In this document: positions 1-11,422 of the stretch, in pieces
Layout: each line of letters opens with the position of its first letter
Numbering within the stretch: position 1 is the stretch's first letter
Notes under the pieces: model-generated
What the model was told of the DNA's origin: nothing
Databases searched by the model: none
The model's input: only the letters and a program-made list of their open reading frames with translations
Origin: a bacterium
Lineage (GTDB): Bacteria; Krumholzibacteriota; Krumholzibacteriia; LZORAL124-64-63
Length of the DNA: 64,000 nucleotides
Assembly (NCBI GenBank): GCA_031441465.1
Contig: JANOEP010000011.1
Coordinates: 35,890 to 99,889 of the forward strand
Reading direction: 5' to 3'
Position numbers and translations under genes: made by a program

Positions 1-34
1 GGGCACGCCGGCGGCCGTCGTCGGCGCCAGTGTC

Positions 35-694
35 GTGGTCGGGTGGTTCCTGCGACGCCGGCTCGGCGAGCCGCCGGTGCGCGAGTACGCGACCGTCGAC
101 GAGGCCGTCGCGGCCATCGCGGCGGGCGCGGATCCATCCCCCGCCACGGCCGCGACGGTGCGAACTCAACACTCGCTCGCGGCGTTGTCCGGATTCCTCG
201 ATGTCCTCGGCGGCAGCGACTCCTCGGCCGAGTGGATCGAAGCCCTGACCGGGCTGCTGCGTCGCCATGGGTTGGGCCAGGATGCGCACCTGTTGCGTTG
301 TGAAGGCGACCGGCTGGTTCTGGACGGACACCTCGACGCGCTCGCGGACGCGGGCGGACGTCTGGGGCTGCTGCTCGCGGCCGCCGAGGCGCCCCTGACG
401 CTGCACGAGTTGGGTGTCGTGGACCTGCCGAAGCGCGAGCAGACCTTCCTGCGCTGGAGCGGCGCCGATGTCGTGGTGCCCCTGAAAGCGGCCGGCAGGC
501 TGCAGGGCGCCCTGTTCGTGCGCTCGGGCCAGGACGGCGGCCTTTTCACCTACCGACCGGGCGAGCTGTTCGGGCTGGGCCTGCTCGGTTGCCTGATCGC
601 CGGGCGCCTCGCGCAGCTGTCGCCGGTTCCCCCCGTCGCCGAACCTGCTGATTTCGCCGAAGTTGACGCCGAAGCCGTGCTCGTCGGCGCCTGA
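35..694 (+). CDS. Hypothetical protein, GAF-like C-terminal region. The reading frame is open to the window start, so this is probably a 5'-partial gene (listed start is GTG).
   Basis: Long ORF with plausible composition (GDRLVLDGHLDALADAGG...FVRSGQDGG). No stop upstream in frame. No strong family signature. Confidence 0.3.
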   Translation: MVGWFLRRRLGEPPVREYATVDEAVAAIAAGADPSPATAATVRTQHSLAALSGFLDVLGGSDSSAEWIEALTGLLRRHGLGQDAHLLRCEGDRLVLDGHLDALADAGGRLGLLLAAAEAPLTLHELGVVDLPKREQTFLRWSGADVVVPLKAAGRLQGALFVRSGQDGGLFTYRPGELFGLGLLGCLIAGRLAQLSPVPPVAEPADFAEVDAEAVLVGA

Positions 695-1059
695 AGCGAC
701 GGTCTCGTCCATGTCGCGGGACACGACTTTCCGGGTTACACCTCCGTAAATCCTTGCCCCCCAATATGATCACGCAGCTGTCACCCTAGGGTACCACCGG
801 GGTTGTCACTGTGTCGGCCATCGTTGACGACCCTCCGTTCGGCGTTCTGTCACCAAGGAACATGGTATCAACAGTTTGCGTCGTGGGTGGCGGACCGGGG
901 CCTCCTGGAGGCGTCCTTGCAGGAGCCGGGCGGGGGCGGTTGAGCGGGGCTGGGAGGACTCGCGAAGCCGCACGGCCTCAACCGGCGGGAGAGAGGGCGC
1001 CTCAGCTCTCCCGCCGGTGGCCACCCCGCCGAGGCGAAGCAACCTGTGGGGGGACGCGC

Positions 1060-1470
1060 ATGACGACCAAGGAAGTGAGGGGTTGTCTCGAGGCGGCGCT
1101 GGCGGGCACGCGCCGGCGGCTGCGCAGGGCCGGCGTGAACCTGGACGACTGGGGCCTGAACGAGCGGCCGCGGGAATGGGCGCTCTGGCTCGAGTGCCGC
1201 AACGACGAGCAAGCCGGACCTGGGTGCCGCCACCGTCCCGGCGATCCGCAGCGGTGCGGGCCGCCAGTCTGGCGCGCCGCCGCCGTCTGGCCGCGGACCC
1301 CGCGCGCGGGCCGGCGGCACGCTCTGGCGGCGCTGGCGCAGGTGTTGGCGGAGGTTGCGCTGTTGAGCGGCAAGGGGGCGGCGCTGTGGCGCGAGGAAGG
1401 AGCGGGATCTACCCGGGCTGGGCCGGCGCCGTCTCGACGCGCTCGCGCCCCTTCGAGGCGATGCGGTTGA
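1060..1470 (+). CDS. Small hypothetical protein (MTTKEVRGCLEAALAG...), doubtful.
   Basis: ATG preceded by a GGGGGGA RBS-like run. N-terminal 60 aa look protein-like. The C-terminus is R/P-rich and overlaps the cdaA 3' end convergently. Confidence 0.15.
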   Translation: MTTKEVRGCLEAALAGTRRRLRRAGVNLDDWGLNERPREWALWLECRNDEQAGPGCRHRPGDPQRCGPPVWRAAAVWPRTPRAGRRHALAALAQVLAEVALLSGKGAALWREEGAGSTRAGPAPSRRARAPSRRCG

Positions 1471-2200
1471 GTTCGGCGGTCAGATCCTCGACCGACAGGC
1501 CTCGCCGGATCTCGCCGGCGTGGGCCAGGGAGATGGCGCGCGTCTCCTCGGAAACGACGATGACCGCCGCGTCGGACACCTCGCTCAGACCGATGGCGGC
1601 GCGGTGGCGGGTGCCCAGGACGTAGCCCAGTTCGGAGCGCTCGGTGTTCGGCAGGATGCAGGACGCGGCGACGATCTTGTCCTGGCTGATCACGACGGCC
1701 CCGTCGTGCAGGGGGCCGGGCACGGTGAAGATCGACTCGAGCAGCTCGCACGAGATGTCCGCGTTGAGCGTCGTGCCGGTCTTGGCCCAGCGTCCGAGGC
1801 TGATCTCGCGCTCCAGCACGATCAGGGCGCCGAGGCCGCGGCGCGCGAGGCGTTCCACGGCGTGGACGATCTCCTGCTGGGCGGGGATCTCTTCCGGCGC
1901 GGCGAAGAACATGATCCCGCGGCGACGCCCCAGGTAGGTCAGGGCCGTGCGCAGCTCCGGCTGGAAGATGATGATGAAGGCCACGACCCAGACCGTCTGC
2001 AGAGAATCGAGGATCTGCTGGACGACGACCATGCCGATGCGCTCGGCGATCCAGGACAGCACCGCGAGCAGGCCGAGGCCGACGAACATCTGCGTCGCGC
2101 GCGTGCCGCGCACCAGCAGGAGCAGGCGGTAGAGCAGGAACGCCACGATCAGGATGTCGAGGATGTCGATGATCAGGGAGTCGGCCAGGAACTTCAGCAT
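1409..2200 (-). CDS. cdaA: Diadenylate cyclase CdaA (c-di-AMP synthase): N-terminal TM helices plus DAC domain.
   Basis: Translation contains DGAVVISQDKIVAASCILP, GTRHRAAIGLSE and VSEETRAISLA, typical of the DisA_N/DAC domain. Lies downstream of folP-ftsH as in the conserved ftsH-folP-cdaA arrangement. Confidence 0.85.
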   Translation of the reverse strand: MLKFLADSLIIDILDILIVAFLLYRLLLLVRGTRATQMFVGLGLLAVLSWIAERIGMVVVQQILDSLQTVWVVAFIIIFQPELRTALTYLGRRRGIMFFAAPEEIPAQQEIVHAVERLARRGLGALIVLEREISLGRWAKTGTTLNADISCELLESIFTVPGPLHDGAVVISQDKIVAASCILPNTERSELGYVLGTRHRAAIGLSEVSDAAVIVVSEETRAISLAHAGEIRRGLSVEDLTAELNRIASKGRERVETAPAQPG

Positions 2201-2270
2201 CGGTTCATCCCGGTGTCCGGGCCCGCGAGTGTGAGGTCGGAGCGCAGCATAGCAGCCGATCGCCGCCGGC

Positions 2271-3124
2271 TCAACGCCGTTCTCCCGCGGCGGCGATCGC
2301 CGCCAGGACCTCCAGCATCTGCACCGTCTCGGCCACGTCGTGGACCCTGACCGCGGCGGCGCCGGCCGCGAACGCGATCGCCGCCGCGGCCAGGCTGCCC
2401 GGCAGGCGTTGCTCCACGGGCGCGCCGGTGATGTCCGCGATGAACGACTTGCGCGACGCGCCGATCAGCGCCGGATGCCCGCCCGTCGCCTCGCGCACCC
2501 GCGCGAGCAGGGCCAGGTTGTGGCCGAGGTCCTTGCCGAAGCCGAGGCCGGGGTCGACCAGCAGCCGCGCCGGCGCCACGCCGGCGGCCAGCGCCGCGCG
2601 GACGCGCTCCTCGAGGTGGGCCGCCACCTCGGCGACGACGTCGCCGTAGCGCGGGTCCGCCTGCATGGTCGCGGGAGTGCCCTGCATGTGCATCAGCACC
2701 AGGCCGCAGCCCGCGGCGGCCGCCAGCGGCAGCAGTCCGGGGTCGCCGCGTCCGGCGGTGATGTCGTTCAAACCGTCGGCCCCGGCGTCCAGGGCGGCCC
2801 GGGCGGTGTCGGCGCGCCAGGTGTCCACGGTCAGGGGCACCGCGACGCGGCGGCGGACGGCGGCCAGGGCGGGCAGCAGGCGGGCGCGCTCGGCGTCGCC
2901 GTCGGCGGGCGTCGAGCCGGGCCGCGAGGATTCCGCGCCGAGGTCGAGCAGGTCGGCGCCGGCGGCGACCAGGGCCTCGGCGCGCCGCGCGGCCTCTTCG
3001 GCGCCGTCGGCGCGCGAGGCCGGGAAGAACGAATCCGGGGTCAGGTTCACCACCCCCATGACCAGGGGGCGGCGGCCGTAGTCCAGCGTCGCGCGGCCGA
3101 GATCCCAGACGCGCGGCGCGGCGG

Positions 3125-3128
<4 letters not shown>
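2271..3128 (-). CDS. folP: Dihydropteroate synthase.
   Basis: Pterin-binding DHPS motifs (MGVVNLTPDSF, DLGAESSRPG, VDPGLGFGK). 4-nt overlap with the ftsH stop. Confidence 0.85.
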
Positions 3129-5128
<2,000 letters not shown>

Positions 5129-5177
5129 GGGTCTCCATTCGCGCGAGGTGCGCCGGCGCCCGGGTGGCCGCCGGCGG

Positions 5178-6632
5178 TCATGGGAGGGCCGTATCGCCCG
5201 TCACTTCTCTTCCGTATCGGACCAGGAGTGTAACCGCGTCGAGGGTGGTCGGCAACAGCCGGGTCCGCTCGTCCCGAACCAGCCCGACGACCCAGAACGG
5301 CCCCGCCTCGTCCGCGGCGACCAGCACCCGCGCCCGCTCCGGCAGCGGCACGCGCATCTGCTGCAGCAGGTCGCCGACCTTGCGCCGGCCGGTCATCCCG
5401 AACGGCTTCAGCCGATCGCCGGGCCGCCACGGCCGGACGAGGGGCGCGCCGCGCAGGGCGGATCCCGGGCAGGTCAGCCGCCAGCCGTCCAGCGGCGGGG
5501 CCGTGCCCGCCGGCTCGGGGTCGCGCGCCGCCGCCTCGGCGGGCGTCGCCGCCCGCACCGTCAGCACCGCCGCCGGGGTCGGGCCGTCGCCGCCGGCGGC
5601 GGCGGGCGGATCGAAGCACAGGCGGTCGAAGTCGCGCCGCGCGCGCCACCCCCCGAGCAGGTCGACCTCGGCTCCGGAGCGACTCGCGCCCAGCCAGTCC
5701 AGCAGGCGAACGACGTGGACGCGGTCCAGATCGAGACCGCATTCCCCGCGCAGGTGCCGGCGCAGCGCCCGCGCCGCCAGTGGGCCGGGCAGGGCCGCCA
5801 GCGCCGCGACCGGCAGGGTGCCGTCGGGCCGCCCCCGCCGCAGCGCGCGCAGGGCCGCGGCGGACTGGGTCTCCAGTTCAGCGGCGTCGTCCCGCAGCAG
5901 GGCCGCCAGGCGGGCCGGCGTCGTCGCCGCGCCGGCGCCGAAGATGTCCCGCGCCAGCGGCAGCAACTCGCGCCGCACGCGGCCGCGCACGTTGCTGGCG
6001 TCGTCGTTGGTCGCGTCGCGCCGCCAGGGCTGCCCGAGGGCGGCGAGCCAGGCCTCGATCTCGGCGCGGCCGCACCCCAGCAGGGGGTGGATGAAGCGGC
6101 CGGCGCGCGGCCGGATCCCCTGCAGGCCTTCGGGACCCGTTCCGCGGAACAGGCGCATCACGACGGTCTCGGCCTGGTCGTCGCGCTGGTGGCCGGTGGC
6201 GCAGGCGGCCAGCGTCGGCCGCGTGTCCAGGACGCCGGTCAGGAACGCCCGGCGGGCCGCGCGCGCCGCCTCCTCGAGGCCGCGCCCCCGCGAGGCGGCG
6301 GCGGGCCGGGGGTCTTCCCGCTTCAGGTGCAGCGGGACGTCGAGGTCGCGGCAGAGGTCGCGGCAGAACCCGGCGTCGGCGTCGGCGTCGGCGCCGCGCA
6401 GTGCGTGGTCGAGGTGGGCGGCCTCCACGGGCGCGCCGCTCCGCTCGCGGTGCAGCACGGCCAGCCGCAGCAGCGCGGTCGAGTCCGCGCCGCCGGACAG
6501 GGCGACCAATACTCCCGGAGTCACGCCCGGCGCGCCGGCCGCCTCGCCGTTGCGAGCGGCGGCGCGCAGCAGGCGCGCGAGCTCGGGCAGCGCGCGCGCG
6601 GGGAAGGCCGTCAGGATGCGCTCGGTTGTCAT
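5178..6632 (-). CDS. tilS: tRNA(Ile)-lysidine synthetase TilS.
   Basis: PP-loop SGGADS motif at the N-terminus. Characteristic TilS substrate-binding C-terminal domain. Position upstream of ftsH is conserved. Confidence 0.85.
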   Translation of the reverse strand: MTTERILTAFPARALPELARLLRAAARNGEAAGAPGVTPGVLVALSGGADSTALLRLAVLHRERSGAPVEAAHLDHALRGADADADAGFCRDLCRDLDVPLHLKREDPRPAAASRGRGLEEAARAARRAFLTGVLDTRPTLAACATGHQRDDQAETVVMRLFRGTGPEGLQGIRPRAGRFIHPLLGCGRAEIEAWLAALGQPWRRDATNDDASNVRGRVRRELLPLARDIFGAGAATTPARLAALLRDDAAELETQSAAALRALRRGRPDGTLPVAALAALPGPLAARALRRHLRGECGLDLDRVHVVRLLDWLGASRSGAEVDLLGGWRARRDFDRLCFDPPAAAGGDGPTPAAVLTVRAATPAEAAARDPEPAGTAPPLDGWRLTCPGSALRGAPLVRPWRPGDRLKPFGMTGRRKVGDLLQQMRVPLPERARVLVAADEAGPFWVVGLVRDERTRLLPTTLDAVTLLVRYGREVTGDTALP

Positions 6633-6670
6633 GGGGGGCCGTCGGCGAGGGCCGGGGGCGAAAAAAAGGA

Positions 6671-6747
6671 TGGTAGCGGCTCAGGGATTCGAACCCCGGA
6701 CACACGGATTATGATTCCGTTGCTCTAACCAACTGAGCTAAGCCGCC
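6671..6747 (-). tRNA. tRNA with anticodon CAU, 77 nt including encoded CCA. Elongator Met or tRNA-Ile2 (k2C34).
   Basis: Hand-folded cloverleaf. Acceptor GGCGGCU/AGCCGCU has one G-U pair. D-arm is GCUC-AGUUGGUUA-GAGC. Anticodon stem ACGGA/UCCGU with loop AUCAUAA. T-arm CGGGG-UUCGAAU-CCCUG. Lacks the initiator features (3 GC pairs in the anticodon stem, 1:72 mismatch). Confidence 0.8.
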
Positions 6748-6809
6748 ACCATGACTTCTGCTTTTCGTTCTTCTGCGTCGAAGGCTCGGACTCCGTCCGA
6801 GGACCACCA

Positions 6810-6838
6810 ATTTATAGTCGCGCCCCGCCGGTGTCAAG
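6810..6838 (-). promoter_or_regulatory. Near-consensus sigma-70 promoter (TTGACA-N16-ATAAAT) reading into the tRNA(CAU)-tilS-ftsH operon.
   Basis: The minus-strand sequence TTGACAccggcggggcgcgactATAAAT lies ~55 nt upstream of the tRNA 5' end. Such an AT-rich consensus is unlikely by chance in 70% GC DNA. Confidence 0.5.
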
Positions 6839-6958
6839 ACGCCGCCCCGCCGCCTGCTCGCCCCTTGACGGCGGGCCGACCCTGGGCGACCATCGGCCCC
6901 GACGCCGTCGGGAGGGTCCGGCGGCGCGACGGGAGCAGGCTGCCAGGGGAGGCCGGGC

Positions 6959-7654
6959 ATGAGCGATACCATCGGCAAGAGATTCCTGACCATCGTCACC
7001 AACCCGGTCGCGGCCATGGCCGAGGTGAAGGAGAATCCGCGCTGGGTGATCGCCGCCTTGGCGGTGGCGCTCATGATCGGGCTGTTCTCCGCCGCCACGC
7101 TGCAGATCACGGGCCCGGAACAGCTGGACGTCATGAGGGACACCAAGTTCGGCCAGATGATGCCCGAGGAGGACCTGGCCGAGATGTACGCGAAGTACGA
7201 GGCGCCGACCACCTCCGCGCGCGTGATCCAGGGCGTCCAGAGCGGCGTCGGGGCCGCCGTGATGCTGTTCATCATGGCCCTGATCTACCTGCTGTTCTGC
7301 AGGCTCGCCGGCGGGAGGGGCACCCTGATCCAGACGGCCGCGGTGGTCTACTGGTCCTCGGTGGTCAGCCTCGGTCTGGCGTCGCTGGTCAAGTGGCCCC
7401 TGGTGCTGGCCAAGGGCTCCTCCCTGGGCGTGGCGATCGGACCGGCGGTGTTCGTGGCCGACCGGGGGCCCACGGACGCCCTGGTCCAGCTCCTGTCCAT
7501 CTTCGACCTGTTCACCGTCTGGGGCGTGCTGCTGATGGTGATCGGCCTGGGCCAAGTTCATGATTTCGCACGCAACAAGGCGACCACCGTCGTCGTAACC
7601 ACATGGTTGTTCCTGAGCCTGGTGCTGTTCGGCATCGGCCGGCTCTTTCTCTAG
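6959..7654 (+). CDS. Yip1-domain membrane protein.
   Basis: 231 aa with five hydrophobic segments. Yip1-like topology and composition. Confidence 0.55.
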   Translation: MSDTIGKRFLTIVTNPVAAMAEVKENPRWVIAALAVALMIGLFSAATLQITGPEQLDVMRDTKFGQMMPEEDLAEMYAKYEAPTTSARVIQGVQSGVGAAVMLFIMALIYLLFCRLAGGRGTLIQTAAVVYWSSVVSLGLASLVKWPLVLAKGSSLGVAIGPAVFVADRGPTDALVQLLSIFDLFTVWGVLLMVIGLGQVHDFARNKATTVVVTTWLFLSLVLFGIGRLFL

Positions 7655-7681
7655 TCGTCCGGTGCGTGACGGGAGGCATCC

Positions 7682-8944
7682 GTGAAGAAGTGGCTCATCA
7701 TCGGCGCCGCGGTCATCGTGGTCGCGCTGATTGCCGTGAACCTGCTCAGGTCGTCCCAGAAGGCGCTGAGCGTCGAGGCGGGCAAGGTCGCCCGCAAGGA
7801 TCTCGTCGAGGTCGTGACCGCGTCGGGGACCCTGACGCCGAAGCGCAAGGTCGACGTCAGCGCCTCGACGATCGGCAAAGTGACGCGCCTGGCCGTCCGC
7901 GAGGGGGACCGGGTCGAGCAGGGGCAACTGCTGCTGGAGATCGACCCGACCGAGTTCCGCTCCGTGGTCGACGGCCTGCAGGCCGCCGTGCGGACCGCGC
8001 GCGCCAACCTGGACCTCGCCCGTGCCGGCCGCGACAAGGCGAAGCAGGACCTCGAACGGGCCAGCTCCCTGTTCGGCAGCGGGCTGTCGTCGCAGGAACT
8101 GATCGACGGGGCCGAGGCCAACGCCCGCATCGAAGAGGCCCGCACCGCGTCCGCCGAGGCGTCCCTGCGCCAGACGGAGGCGAACCTCGCGCGGGCCCGC
8201 TACGACCTCGACAAGGTCACCATCACCTCGCCGATGGCCGGCGTGGTCACGCGGCTGAACGTCGAGGAGGGCGAGAACGCCATCATGGGCACCCTCAACA
8301 ACCCCGGCACCGTGCTGCTGACGGTGGCCGACCTGGCCACCATGGAGGCCGAGGTCGACGTGGACGAGACCGAGGTCGTGCGCGTGAAGCTCGGCCAGCC
8401 GGTCAAGGTCGAGGTGGACGCCTTCCCCGACACGTCCTTCGCCGGCACCGTGACCGAGATCGGCAACAGCCCCATCTACACCAGCACCGGGCAGAGCCAG
8501 CAGGCGGTGGACTTCAAGATCACCGTCACGCTCGACGACCCCATCCAGGACGTGCGCCCCGGCCTGACCGCCAAGGCCGAGATCACCGTGGCCGACACGA
8601 AGCAGGCCCTCTGCGTGCCCATCGGCGCGGTGACCGTGCGCGAGTGGCCGCCCCTGCCCAAGGTCGGCAAGGGCCGGCGACCCCGGCCCACGACCGCCGC
8701 CGCCGACTCGGTCAAGCGCGAGGAACTCGAGGGCGTCTTCGTGATCGAGGGGGGCAAGGCCGTGTTCAAGACGGTCGAGATCGGCATCACCGGCGAGGAG
8801 GACTTCGAGATCCTGACCGGCCTCACCGAGGGCCAGCAGATCGTCACCGGCCCGTTCCGCCTCCTGCGCGACCTGCAGCACGAGGAAGCGGTGAAGGTCG
8901 AGACCAAGAAGAAGAGCGCCGGCGCCGACAAGAAGCGGGACTGA
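7682..8944 (+). CDS. Efflux transporter periplasmic adaptor subunit (HlyD/MacA family).
   Basis: N-terminal TM anchor, coiled-coil hairpin, and beta-barrel/MP domains typical of RND/ABC adaptor proteins. Immediately followed by FtsX permeases. Confidence 0.8.
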   Translation: MKKWLIIGAAVIVVALIAVNLLRSSQKALSVEAGKVARKDLVEVVTASGTLTPKRKVDVSASTIGKVTRLAVREGDRVEQGQLLLEIDPTEFRSVVDGLQAAVRTARANLDLARAGRDKAKQDLERASSLFGSGLSSQELIDGAEANARIEEARTASAEASLRQTEANLARARYDLDKVTITSPMAGVVTRLNVEEGENAIMGTLNNPGTVLLTVADLATMEAEVDVDETEVVRVKLGQPVKVEVDAFPDTSFAGTVTEIGNSPIYTSTGQSQQAVDFKITVTLDDPIQDVRPGLTAKAEITVADTKQALCVPIGAVTVREWPPLPKVGKGRRPRPTTAAADSVKREELEGVFVIEGGKAVFKTVEIGITGEEDFEILTGLTEGQQIVTGPFRLLRDLQHEEAVKVETKKKSAGADKKRD

Positions 8945-8947
8945 TCC

Positions 8948-10177
8948 ATGAACCTGTGGGAAGGGGTCCGCATCGCCCTGTCCAGCCTCTGGACGCACAA
9001 GCTGCGGACCTTCCTGACCCTGCTCGGCAACATCGTCGGCACGATGAGCGTCATCGCCGTCGTGTCGCTGATCAACGGCGTCGACCTCTACGCGCGCCGC
9101 GAAGTCCTCTCCGAGGGCTCGAACGTGTTCACGGTTTCGCGCGTGAACTTCTTCGACATCCTCACCGACATGGACGCCTTCCTGGCCTCGCTGAACAACC
9201 CCGAGCTGACCCTGGAGGACCGCGACTACCTGCGCGACCACATGCAGATGGCCTCCGAGGTCGGAGCCTCGCTCGAACGCACGGCCGACCTGCGCGCCGG
9301 CGCCAAGGAGTCCCGCGGCATCGAAGTGCGCGGCAAGACCGACGACTACTCCCGGCTCGAGGACCTGCCCCTGCACAGCGGCCGCCACCTGGCCGAGCAC
9401 GACGTGTTCGCCAGCGCCCAGGTGGCGGTGATCGGCTGGGAGGTGGCCCAGGACCTGTTCCCCGGCGTGACCGACCCCGTCGGGCGCGACTTCAAGCTGT
9501 CCGGGCGGCACTTCCGCGTCATCGGCGTCGCCGACGACCGCGGCTCCATGCTCGGCAACAGCCGCAACCGTTTCGCGGTGGTGCCGATCACGGCCTGGAT
9601 GAAGTCCTTCGGCGGGCGCGAGTCGATCGACATCAAGATCGCCGCCGTCGACCTGCCCCTGCTCGCCGACGCCAAGGAGGAGGCGCGCCACCTGATGCGC
9701 CTGCGCCACCAGCTGCGCCCGAAGGAGAAGGACGACTTCGGCATCGTGACCATGGACGAGCTGCTCTCGCTCTGGTCGGGCATCTCCAAGGCCATCTACG
9801 GCGCGTTGGTGCCGCTGGTGGGGATCAGCCTGGTGGTGGGCGGCATCGTGCTGATGAACATCATGCTGGTGGCGGTGACCGAGCGGACCCGCGAGGTGGG
9901 CATCCGCAAGGCCGTCGGGGCGAGGCGGACGGCGATCCTCTGGCAGTTCCTGGTGGAGTCGATCACCCTGTCGATGACCGGCGGCGTGCTGGGCATCAGC
10001 ATCGGACTGGGGCTGGCCCTGCTCATCTCGGTGCTGTCGCCGCTGCCGTTCGCCTTCGCGAGCTGGTCGATCGGCGCGGGCCTCGCGGTGACCTTCGTCA
10101 TCGGGCTGGTCTTCGGCACCTACCCCGCCTGGAAAGCGGCCGGCCTCGACCCGGTGGAGGCGTTGCGCCATGAGTAG
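8948..10177 (+). CDS. ABC transporter permease, MacB-like, with FtsX domain and large periplasmic domain.
   Basis: N-terminal TM, periplasmic MacB_PCD-like domain, and C-terminal FtsX 3-TM bundle ending in a ...DPVEALRHE-type tail. Confidence 0.8.
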   Translation: MNLWEGVRIALSSLWTHKLRTFLTLLGNIVGTMSVIAVVSLINGVDLYARREVLSEGSNVFTVSRVNFFDILTDMDAFLASLNNPELTLEDRDYLRDHMQMASEVGASLERTADLRAGAKESRGIEVRGKTDDYSRLEDLPLHSGRHLAEHDVFASAQVAVIGWEVAQDLFPGVTDPVGRDFKLSGRHFRVIGVADDRGSMLGNSRNRFAVVPITAWMKSFGGRESIDIKIAAVDLPLLADAKEEARHLMRLRHQLRPKEKDDFGIVTMDELLSLWSGISKAIYGALVPLVGISLVVGGIVLMNIMLVAVTERTREVGIRKAVGARRTAILWQFLVESITLSMTGGVLGISIGLGLALLISVLSPLPFAFASWSIGAGLAVTFVIGLVFGTYPAWKAAGLDPVEALRHE

Positions 10178-11408
10178 CAGCGCCATGCACGCGCGCGAAG
10201 GGGTCCACCAGGCGCTCCTGACGATCCGGGGCCACCGGTTGCGCAGCGCCCTGTTGATCCTCGGCGTGGCCATCGGCGTGGCGACGCTGCTGGCGATCTA
10301 CACCATCGTCTCCGGCCTGAGCGGGCGCATCCGCAGCGACATCGTCTCCTCGGCCAAACCCTACCTCTACATCGCCCGGCACTCGGGCCTCGGCGGCGAG
10401 GACCCCGAGGAGGCCCTGCGCCGGCCACAGTTGATGCCGGAGCTGATCGCGCCCCTGGACGCGCTGCCCGGCGTGGACGGCGTGGACTACATGATCACCA
10501 GCGGGCGGGCGACGATCCTGACCTACGGCAAGGAGCGCACCAACCTGGTGCAGATCTTCGGCGCCTCGTCGAACTTCGCCTCGCTCTACTCGTTCACCCT
10601 GGCCGAGGGGCGCTACTTCACCTTCGACGAACAGGACTCCCGCACCCGCGTCTGCGTGCTCGGCAGCGGCCCGTCCGAGGCCCTGTTCCCCGGGATCGAC
10701 CCCGTCGGCAAGACCCTGCGCCTGTTCGGCACGGAGTACCGGGTCGTCGGCGCCATGGAGAGCCGCCGCCATATCTTCGGCGCGATGGGGGACAATTTCG
10801 TCGTGGTGCCGTGGACCTCCTACGAGAAGGACTTCTCGACCGGCGAGTACGACGACCGCACGCTGGCCGTCACGGTGGTCGACGGCTTCGAGACCGACGA
10901 CGTCGCCGCCGACGTCACCGGCGCCCTGCGCCGCGGGCGCGGCCTCAGGCCCGGCGAGAAGGACGACTTCGCGGTGGTCGCCTCGGAAACCTACGGCGAA
11001 CTCGTCGACAAGGTGACCCAGGGCGTCGCCCTGATGCTGGTGGTGCTGTCGAGCATCGGCCTGATGGTCGGCGGCATCGGCGTGATGAACATCATGCTGA
11101 TCTCGGTCACCGAGCGCACCCGGGAGATCGGCGTGCGCATGGCCATCGGCGCCCGTCGTCAGGACGTGCTGCGGCAGATCCTGGTCGAGGCCGCCACCCT
11201 GACCGCCATCGGCGGCGTCATCGGCGTCGTGCTGGGCTACCTCGCGGCCTGGGGCGGCACCAAGGTCCTGCGCTTCCCCTTCGCCCTGAGCCCCTGGATC
11301 GTGCTGATCGCGGTGCTGTTCTCCGCGGGGATCGGCATCGTCTTCGGGCTGTACCCCGCCAACCGCGCGGCGCGCATGGATCCCATCGAAGCCCTGCGCC
11401 ACGAGTAA
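10170..11408 (+). CDS. ABC transporter permease, second MacB-like FtsX-domain paralogue.
   Basis: Same architecture as the preceding gene, with the same MDPIEALRHE C-terminus. Overlaps the previous gene by 8 nt. No NBD gene in the window. Confidence 0.8.
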   Translation: MSSSAMHAREGVHQALLTIRGHRLRSALLILGVAIGVATLLAIYTIVSGLSGRIRSDIVSSAKPYLYIARHSGLGGEDPEEALRRPQLMPELIAPLDALPGVDGVDYMITSGRATILTYGKERTNLVQIFGASSNFASLYSFTLAEGRYFTFDEQDSRTRVCVLGSGPSEALFPGIDPVGKTLRLFGTEYRVVGAMESRRHIFGAMGDNFVVVPWTSYEKDFSTGEYDDRTLAVTVVDGFETDDVAADVTGALRRGRGLRPGEKDDFAVVASETYGELVDKVTQGVALMLVVLSSIGLMVGGIGVMNIMLISVTERTREIGVRMAIGARRQDVLRQILVEAATLTAIGGVIGVVLGYLAAWGGTKVLRFPFALSPWIVLIAVLFSAGIGIVFGLYPANRAARMDPIEALRHE

Positions 11409-11422
11409 CACACCCCGGTGAC

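Noticed and set aside
6812-10273. 1153-aa minus-strand ORF antisense to the Yip1, adaptor and permease genes
   Set aside because: No stop codons by chance in 70% GC DNA. The translation is R/G/D/H-rich with no domain signatures. The sense-strand genes have clear family matches.
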